NCBI GenBank assembly: GCA_964194675.1
Contig: CAXMND010000064.1
Span: 33,809 to 97,808 of the forward strand
Length of the DNA: 64,000 nucleotides
Direction: 5' to 3'
DNA from: an uncultured Coxiellaceae bacterium
Lineage (GTDB): Bacteria; Myxococcota_A; Polyangia; Polyangiales; Houyiibacteriaceae
Program-made: the position numbers and the translations under genes
Shown here: one piece after another, positions 57,648 through 64,000 of the stretch
How positions within the stretch are numbered: the first letter of the stretch is position 1
How the letters are laid out: each line of letters starts with the position of its first letter
Notes under the pieces: model-generated
The model's input: only the letters and a program-made list of their open reading frames with translations
The model's database searches: none
Told to the model about the DNA's origin: nothing

Positions 57648-59258
57648 ATGAAGCAAGTAATCGCTGTTCTGGGTCTGTGTGTGGCCATGGCTTGGCCGAC
57701 GACGTCGCGCGCGTTCTGTGGGTTTTACGTGAGTGGAGCGGATGCGTCGCTCTACAACAACGCGACCATGGTCGTCATGATGCGGGAGGGCACACGAACG
57801 GTGCTCTCGATGCAGAATAACTACCAAGGGCCGCCGGAAGACTTCGCGATGATCGTTCCGGTCCCGGTGGTTTTGCAAGAAGAGAACGTGAAGACGCTGC
57901 CTCGCGAGATCTTCTCCAGAGTGGACAAGCTCGCCGCGCCGCGTCTCGTCGAGTACTGGGAGCAAGACCCTTGCCGTCCGATGGTGGTGGCCGAGATGGC
58001 GATGCCCATGGCGTCCCGCGCGGCGCGCAAATCGAGGGCGGCCGAAGATCGCGACGAGAAATATGGCGTGACGATCGAGGCCGAGTTCAAGGTTGCCGAG
58101 TACGACATCGTCATTTTGAGCGCGAAGGACTCAGGCGGTCTCGAAAAGTGGCTTCGGAAGAACAAGTACAACATTCCCAAAGGTGCCAACAAGGTGCTTC
58201 GGCCGTACGTCGAGCAGAATACCAAGTTCTTTGTCGCCAAGGTGGACGCCGAGAAGGTGAAGTTTCAGGACGGGAAGGCCGTGCTGTCGCCGCTTCGATT
58301 CCACTACGATGCGCCGACCTTCACGCTTCCTGTTCGCCTGGGGCTGCTCAACAGCAGCGGCGAGCAAGACCTGATCGTTCACATCCTCGCCAAGGGTCAA
58401 CGATACGAGGTGGCCAACTACAAGAACGCGTCGATCCCGACCAATATCCGGGTCGAAGACAGCGTTCGAGAGAATTTCGGGGGCTTCTACAATGCGTTGT
58501 TCGAGCGCACGACCGAGAAAAACCCCGGCGCCGTGGTGACCGAGTACACGTGGGACGCGACCAGCTGTGATCCTTGTCCCGAGCCGCCGCTCACGCCCCA
58601 AGAGCTCACCATGCTCGGCGGCGATGTGATCGTCCCCGGCGCGCAGGACCCGTACTCCGACATTCCCGGCGTCGTCCCGCGCAAGACGCGACGTGTGGCC
58701 TGGCAACCCTACGGATTCGTCCTGACGCGCCTTCACTACCGCTACGGGAAGAGTGGACTCGACGAAGACTTGGTGTTCCGAGCGGCGGGCCCAATCGTAG
58801 GCGGACGAGGCATGCCGGACCAAAACGGTGACCTTCACGAGCGCCGCGCGGAGGCGTCGGGAATCAACAATTTCCAGGGGAGGTACGTTATCCTGCATCC
58901 GTGGAAGGGCGCCCTCGCGTGTGACAACCCGCAGCGTGGCATGTGGGGCGGCCCACCCGGACGGCCCGTGCCGAAGCCTTTCGCGGCCCCCAGCCCCATG
59001 TTCGAGGGCGCGACGGCACCCACACTCACGAATCAATTGCCCGGGCTCATCCAAACCGACATCCCTGAGCTCGACTTGAAGGCGCGGCCGTCCGAGCCGG
59101 AGCCCAAAACTCAAGACGGTGCGGGGCCTTCGAGCGGCGGTGCCAGCACCAGTCCATCGGATGGCTGCAGCATCAGTGCGGCGAGAACAGCATCGCTCGG
59201 TTGGATCGCGTTGATCATCGTTGCTATGTGGCTGACGAGGCGAAGAACCGTCTATTAG
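57648..59258 (+). CDS. DUF2330-like secreted protein with MYXO-CTERM-like tail
   Basis: Signal peptide, then AFCGFYVSGADASLYNNATMVVMMREGTRTVLSMQNNYQGP, the pattern I associate with DUF2330. The C-terminus SPSDGCSISAARTASLGWIALIIVAMWLTRRRTVY has a Cys, a TM helix and an Arg cluster. Confidence 0.7.
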   Translation: MKQVIAVLGLCVAMAWPTTSRAFCGFYVSGADASLYNNATMVVMMREGTRTVLSMQNNYQGPPEDFAMIVPVPVVLQEENVKTLPREIFSRVDKLAAPRLVEYWEQDPCRPMVVAEMAMPMASRAARKSRAAEDRDEKYGVTIEAEFKVAEYDIVILSAKDSGGLEKWLRKNKYNIPKGANKVLRPYVEQNTKFFVAKVDAEKVKFQDGKAVLSPLRFHYDAPTFTLPVRLGLLNSSGEQDLIVHILAKGQRYEVANYKNASIPTNIRVEDSVRENFGGFYNALFERTTEKNPGAVVTEYTWDATSCDPCPEPPLTPQELTMLGGDVIVPGAQDPYSDIPGVVPRKTRRVAWQPYGFVLTRLHYRYGKSGLDEDLVFRAAGPIVGGRGMPDQNGDLHERRAEASGINNFQGRYVILHPWKGALACDNPQRGMWGGPPGRPVPKPFAAPSPMFEGATAPTLTNQLPGLIQTDIPELDLKARPSEPEPKTQDGAGPSSGGASTSPSDGCSISAARTASLGWIALIIVAMWLTRRRTVY

Positions 59259-59261
59259 TTC

Positions 59262-60935
59262 ATGGCAGAATTCATCTACACGATGAAGGGGGTTACGAAA
59301 GTTCATCCCCCGGACAAGAAGATCATCGAAGACCTCTATCTCTCGTTTTTTCCGGATGCGAGGATAGGGGTCATCGGCGTTAACGGAACGGGAAAGTCTT
59401 CGTTGCTGCGCATCATGGCGGGCGAGGACGACACTTTCACCGGTGAAGCTTGGATTCGTCCTGGTGCGAAGGTCGGGTATCTCCCCCAAGAGCCGGACCT
59501 CGGCGACGCGAAGACGGTGCTTGAGGCCGTCGAGGCAGGCGTGGCGCCGGTTCGTGCGCTTCTCGACGAGTTCAACGAGCTCAGCATGAAGCTTGGCGAG
59601 CCGATGAGCGATGACGAGATGACCAAGCTTCTCGATAGACAGGGGGCGCTTCAAGACCGAATCGATGCTGTCGATGGCTGGAATCTCGAGAGTACGCTGG
59701 AGATCGCGATGGACGCGCTACGGCTGCCGCCCGCCGACGCCGGCCCCGAGTCGCTATCTGGCGGCGAGAAGCGACGCGTTGCGCTGTGCAAGTTGCTTCT
59801 CGAAAAGCCAGAGCTTCTGTTGCTCGACGAGCCCACCAACCACCTCGATGCCGAGTCGGTAGCGTGGCTCCAGGGGTACCTTCAGAAGTACCCGGGATGC
59901 GTCATCCTCGTGACGCATGACAGGTATTTCCTCGACGAGATCGTGCAATGGATTTTGGAGCTCGACCGCGGCGGGGCGCATCCGTTCGAGGGCAACTATT
60001 CGCAATGGCTCGAGGCGAAGGGTGCGCGCCTCGCCCAGGAAGACAAGAAAGACAGCGCGCGAAGGCGAAAGATCGCTCGCGAGCTCGAGTGGGTGCGATC
60101 GTCGCCGAGGGCGCGTCAGGCCAAGAGCAAAGCGCGTATCACCGCGTTCGAGACTCTGGTGGCCGACGCGGTCAAGACGAGGCGCGACCCCAACGAGATC
60201 CGAATTCCGCCGGGGCCTCGACTGGGAACGCAGGTATTCGAGGTCGAAGGGGTCAGCAAAGGGTACGGCGACAAGCTGCTGTTCGAGGACTTGAGCTTTC
60301 GAGTGCCGCGCGGTGCGATCGTCGGGATCGTCGGCCCGAACGGTGCCGGAAAGACGACGCTCTTTCGAATGCTAGTGGGCAAGGAGACGCCCGATGCGGG
60401 CACCATCACCGTGGGTGAGACGGTCAAGGTCGCGTACGTCGACCAGAGTCGCGACGCGCTCGATGGAGGTAACAACGTCTTCAAGGAGATCGCAGGCGAC
60501 GCGGACGAGATCGACGTTGGCGCGGGCACCGTGAAGTCGCGGGCGTACGTGGGTTGGTTCAATTTCCGGGGGAGCGACCAGCAGAAGCCGGTCAAGAACC
60601 TCTCGGGGGGCGAACGTAACCGCGTGCATCTGGCCAAGCTCCTCAGGAGTGGCGGGAACGTACTCCTCCTCGACGAGCCCACGAACGACATCGACGTCGA
60701 CACCCTCCGTTCCCTCGAGGAAGCGATCCTAGCGTTTCCGGGGTGTGCGATGATCATCAGCCATGATCGCTGGTACCTGGATCGCCTTTGCACCCACATC
60801 CTCGCCTTCGAAGGCGACAGCCGGGTCGTCTGGTTTGAGGGCGCGTACGCCGACTATGCCGCTGACCGCAAAGCCCGTTTGGGCGCGGACGTCGAGATCC
60901 CGCACCGCATCAAATATCGAAAATTCTCCCGCTAA
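59262..60935 (+). CDS. ettA: Energy-dependent translational throttle protein EttA (ABC-F)
   Basis: MAEFIYTMKGVTKVHPPDKKIIEDLYLSFFPDARIGVIGVNGTGKSSLLRIMAG. There are two ABC cassettes and the protein is 557 aa. Confidence 0.95.
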   Translation: MAEFIYTMKGVTKVHPPDKKIIEDLYLSFFPDARIGVIGVNGTGKSSLLRIMAGEDDTFTGEAWIRPGAKVGYLPQEPDLGDAKTVLEAVEAGVAPVRALLDEFNELSMKLGEPMSDDEMTKLLDRQGALQDRIDAVDGWNLESTLEIAMDALRLPPADAGPESLSGGEKRRVALCKLLLEKPELLLLDEPTNHLDAESVAWLQGYLQKYPGCVILVTHDRYFLDEIVQWILELDRGGAHPFEGNYSQWLEAKGARLAQEDKKDSARRRKIARELEWVRSSPRARQAKSKARITAFETLVADAVKTRRDPNEIRIPPGPRLGTQVFEVEGVSKGYGDKLLFEDLSFRVPRGAIVGIVGPNGAGKTTLFRMLVGKETPDAGTITVGETVKVAYVDQSRDALDGGNNVFKEIAGDADEIDVGAGTVKSRAYVGWFNFRGSDQQKPVKNLSGGERNRVHLAKLLRSGGNVLLLDEPTNDIDVDTLRSLEEAILAFPGCAMIISHDRWYLDRLCTHILAFEGDSRVVWFEGAYADYAADRKARLGADVEIPHRIKYRKFSR

Positions 60936-61876
60936 GACGCGAACGACTTCGTCGCAGCCACGAGGCGATCGGCGATACCTCGCTCTAGGGCGGAGTGACC
61001 TGCGTCAGGGACTACATGGAACTGGCTGCCGGGCCACGCGCGGTGCAGCTCATAGGCGCTTTCGGCTGGGCAGACGATGTCATAGCGGCCTTGAATGATG
61101 ATCGCTGGGAGATGCTGGATGCGCGCGATGTTGTCGAGGAGATACCCGTCGTCTTGGAAGAAGCCACCGTTGATGAAGTAGTGACATTCGATGCGTGCGA
61201 AAGCTTCGGCGAATTGGTCCTCGCTGATTCGCTCGATGAGATCGGCGTCGGGAATGAGGCGGCTCGTGCGTCCCTCCCAGGTGCTCCATGCGCGAGCAGC
61301 AAGCATGCGAACGTTGCGATCGTTGCTCGTGAGTCGTTTGTAGTACGACCCGACCATGTCGTCGCGCTCCTCGATCGGAATCGGGGCGAGATACTCCTGC
61401 CATGCCTCAGGAAAGATTCGGCTCGCTCCCTCTTGGTAGTACCAAAGAATTTCTTGCGTCCTCAGAAGGAAGATGCCGCGCAGCACGAGCTCGGTGACGC
61501 GGTCCGGATGCTGCTGTGCATAGGCCAGCGACAAGGTGCTGCCCCACGAGCCGCCGAAGAGTTGCCAACGGTCGATTCCCAGGTGCTCGCGGATTCGCTC
61601 CATGTCGTCGACTAGGTCCCAGGTCGTGTTGTTCCGGAGCTCGGCATGCGGGGTACTCCGTCCGCATCCTCGCTGGTCGAACAGCACGATGCGGTAGCCA
61701 GCCGGGTCCCAGAAGCGCCTGTGTACCGAGTTGCAGCCGCCGCCTGGGCCCCCATGGACGAAAATCGCGGGCTTTCCGCCGGGATTGCCACATTGCTCGT
61801 AGTAGACCGAGTGGACGCCGTCGACATCGAGAAACCCGGAGTCGTATGGCTCGATTTCTGGGAATAGCCCTGACAT
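60932..61876 (-). CDS. pip: Prolyl aminopeptidase (proline iminopeptidase)
   Basis: I take the start at ATG 61876 (MSGLFPEIEPYDSGFLDVDGVHSVYYEQCGNPGGKPAIFVHGGPGGG). The nucleophile elbow is GGSWGSTL. 314 aa. The upstream 85 codons of the track ORF are rejected. Confidence 0.9.
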   Translation of the reverse strand: MSGLFPEIEPYDSGFLDVDGVHSVYYEQCGNPGGKPAIFVHGGPGGGCNSVHRRFWDPAGYRIVLFDQRGCGRSTPHAELRNNTTWDLVDDMERIREHLGIDRWQLFGGSWGSTLSLAYAQQHPDRVTELVLRGIFLLRTQEILWYYQEGASRIFPEAWQEYLAPIPIEERDDMVGSYYKRLTSNDRNVRMLAARAWSTWEGRTSRLIPDADLIERISEDQFAEAFARIECHYFINGGFFQDDGYLLDNIARIQHLPAIIIQGRYDIVCPAESAYELHRAWPGSQFHVVPDAGHSALERGIADRLVAATKSFAS

Positions 61877-61948
61877 TACGGAGCGCGCATCACAGCACGT
61901 TCGCGGACTGGCGCAACTGAGGACAATGACTATCTTGCCGCCCGGGCC

Positions 61949-63541
61949 ATGACCCAAACCGAATTCGAACGACGCCGCACGTTTGCGATCATCTCGCACC
62001 CGGATGCCGGAAAGACGACCTTGACCGAGAAGCTTCTGCTCTACGGTGGAGCTATCCATGCGGCCGGCGCGGTCAAGTCCCGCAAAGCCAAGCGTTCGGC
62101 GGTCAGCGACTGGATGGCTCTCGAGAAGCAACGTGGCATTTCGGTCACGACATCGGTCCTACAGTTCGAGTACGACGACATACGCTGGAATCTCCTCGAC
62201 ACGCCAGGCCACAACGACTTCAGCGAGGACACCTATCGGACCCTGATGGCGGCCGACTGCGGAATCATGATTCTCGATGCGGCCAGGGGCGTCGAGCCCC
62301 AGACACGAAAGCTCTTTCATGTGTGTCGCTTGCGTCAGACACCCGTCGTCACCTTCATCAACAAGATGGACCGTCCGGCGCGCGACGCGTTTGCACTCAT
62401 GAGCCAGGTCGAGGAGGTCCTTGAGGTGAATACGGTCCCGTTCACGTGGCCGATCGGGAGTGGCGATCTGTTTCAAGGCGTTTACGACCGTATCAACAAG
62501 CTGGTGCTCCGGTTTGAGCGCTCCGCGGAAGGTCAGGAGAAGCGAGCGGAGATGCAAGTGACCGGGCTCGACGATCCGGAGCTTGATTCGCTCCTCGGCG
62601 AGGACGCAGCCGCGACGCTTCGCGAAGAAGTAGAGCTCCTGGACGGTGCAGGGGAAGAGTGGGACGAAGAGAGATTCCTGTCCGGCGAGATCACACCGGT
62701 CTTTTTCGGGAGTGCCCTCAACAACTTCGGAGTCGAGCCCTTTCTTCAGTCGTTCAAGGGGCTTTGTCCGCCTCCGGGGCCGCGGCAGGCCGCCGGGGAC
62801 GTTTGCGTCGATCCCGCCGACGACCGTTTCAGCGCGTTTGTCTTCAAAGTGCAGGCCAACATGGACCCTTCACACAGAGACCGCGTCGCTTTCGCACGGA
62901 TCTGTTCCGGGCGTTTCGAGGGTGGGATGCGCGTCCATCACTATCGGCTCGGGAAGGCGATTCGGCTCAACCGAGCCGAACAGTTCTTTGCGCAAGAGCG
63001 CGAGAGAGTCCTCGAGGCATACGCCGGCGACATCGTGGGGCTCTACGACCCCGGCCTCTACCGTATCGGTGACACCCTCTCGACCGAAGGGCCGATGAGC
63101 TTCGATGCCGTACCGCGATTTTCACCGGAGCACTTCGCCCGATTGCAGTTGCTAGATCCACTCAAACGGAAGCAGCTTCAAAAGGGCATCCGGGAGCTCT
63201 CAGAGGAGGGAACGGTCCAGCTATTCACCGAGCCCGGACGAGAGAAGGATCCCGTTTGTGGTGTCGTAGGACGCCTCCAATTCGACGTCCTGATCTTCCG
63301 ACTAGAACACGAGTACGGCGCGAAGGTCACGTTTGACCTCTTACCCTACCAGCATGCTCGCTGGGTGGACGGGGTAGGTGGGTGTGACGAGCTGAAGGCA
63401 CGTCGGGTCCCCATGGCGGTGCTGGATCGAGACGACCGCCCGGTAGCGCTTTTTCGGGACGAATGGGAGATCCAAAGAGTCGAGCGCGACAACGAGAACT
63501 GGACGTTCCACGAGACCGTCCCGATAGTGGCTGCAGCATGA
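61949..63541 (+). CDS. prfC: Peptide chain release factor 3
   Basis: RRRTFAIISHPDAGKTTLTEKLLLYGGAI...LLDTPGHNDF are the GTPase motifs. 530 aa. Confidence 0.97.
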   Translation: MTQTEFERRRTFAIISHPDAGKTTLTEKLLLYGGAIHAAGAVKSRKAKRSAVSDWMALEKQRGISVTTSVLQFEYDDIRWNLLDTPGHNDFSEDTYRTLMAADCGIMILDAARGVEPQTRKLFHVCRLRQTPVVTFINKMDRPARDAFALMSQVEEVLEVNTVPFTWPIGSGDLFQGVYDRINKLVLRFERSAEGQEKRAEMQVTGLDDPELDSLLGEDAAATLREEVELLDGAGEEWDEERFLSGEITPVFFGSALNNFGVEPFLQSFKGLCPPPGPRQAAGDVCVDPADDRFSAFVFKVQANMDPSHRDRVAFARICSGRFEGGMRVHHYRLGKAIRLNRAEQFFAQERERVLEAYAGDIVGLYDPGLYRIGDTLSTEGPMSFDAVPRFSPEHFARLQLLDPLKRKQLQKGIRELSEEGTVQLFTEPGREKDPVCGVVGRLQFDVLIFRLEHEYGAKVTFDLLPYQHARWVDGVGGCDELKARRVPMAVLDRDDRPVALFRDEWEIQRVERDNENWTFHETVPIVAAA

Positions 63542-63605
63542 ATAGCGGAGAAGCAGCCCACGTCCTAGAATGGCGGAGAGGGACCAGAACGAGGAGAAGA
63601 GGGGC

Positions 63606-64000
63606 ATGATTCAGAAGACCAGCAAGGTCGCGTTTATCTTGGCAGTTTGCTTGGCGACTCCAGCGATCTCGCATGCCGACGCCACCAGGTTCCAAGTCCA
63701 TAACGGCAAGGCCACCTTCGTTTCGGACGCACCACTCGAGACGATGACGGGGACCACCGCGAAGGTGACCGGGACTGTGACATTCGATCCGGCCGACCTC
63801 TCCACTACGAAGGGCACGTTCAAGGCGCCCGTGATCTCGATGCGGACCGGTAACGACCTGCGCGACGAGCATCTTCAAAGCGACAGCTGGCTCGACGCAA
63901 AGGAGAACCCGCGCATCGTTTTCCAGATCATCGAAGTGAGCGGCGCGGAGTCGCTCAAGCCCAAGAAGGATACCAAGGTCAAGGTGAAGGGAGAGTTCAC
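63606..64000 (+). CDS. YceI-like periplasmic protein, 3' end outside window
   Basis: Not in the ORF track because there is no stop before the window end. My translation from ATG 63606 (GAGGAG upstream) is MIQKTSKVAFILAVCLATPAISHADATRFQVHNGKATFVSDAPLETMTGTT...MRTGNDLRDEHLQSDSWLDAKENPRIVFQI, which has a signal peptide and a YceI-type motif. Confidence 0.7.
   Translation, partial: MIQKTSKVAFILAVCLATPAISHADATRFQVHNGKATFVSDAPLETMTGTTAKVTGTVTFDPADLSTTKGTFKAPVISMRTGNDLRDEHLQSDSWLDAKENPRIVFQIIEVSGAESLKPKKDTKVKVKGEF

Noticed and set aside
58131-59654. 507-aa minus-strand ORF
   Set aside because: It is antisense to the DUF2330-like gene and the ettA 5' end. It has no motifs and an Arg-rich shadow composition.
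60932-62131. The full 399-aa version of the pip ORF
   Set aside because: The first 85 codons run antisense into the prfC 5' end and the divergent spacer. Proline iminopeptidases start close to the MSGLFPEIEPY sequence.

Overview
High-GC bacterial chromosome segment, about 60-65% GC by eye. The gene content and two MYXO-CTERM-like C-terminal sorting tails point to a myxobacterial (Myxococcota-type) genome. I call about 60 protein genes and one tRNA-Ala(GGC). Most are recognisable housekeeping or envelope functions: rplU-rpmA, a HAD-IG 5'-nucleotidase, ribF, xseB, an OmpA-family protein, a matrixin, a TatT-associated TRAP transporter (tatT-dctPQM), two divergent exbB-exbD-exbD clusters, lon, fadIJ, moaA, sthA, GST, amidase, prs, speA, a sulfatase-family protein, ettA, pip and prfC. 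I saw no rRNA, CRISPR array, transposase, integrase, reverse transcriptase or recognisable defence gene, so most of the window is ordinary core genome. Two things are not explained by ordinary annotation. (1) A family of intergenic period-6 arrays (CAGYGY or its complement, plus a GASCAC variant) occurs at seven sites. (2) A lower-GC, mirror-symmetric cassette at 3.2-5.0 kb has two convergent four-helix-bundle (23S-IVS/Avd-family) genes. Each is preceded by a 17-18 bp perfect hairpin that sequesters its Shine-Dalgarno sequence and is flanked by the arrays, next to an H1-like gene and the tRNA. Other second-look items:
- a receiver (apparently lacking the phospho-acceptor Asp) / S55 peptidase / beta-propeller operon
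- a divergent RelA/SpoT-fold protein next to lon
- mirror-image exbB-exbD-exbD clusters without tonB
- a hyper-acidic tail on DctM
- a heavily structured 143-nt convergent spacer
- a codon-usage island at sthA
All homology calls come from motif recognition in the supplied translations, not from searches. Small-motif coordinates were hand-counted against ORF-track frames and may be off by 1-2 nt.
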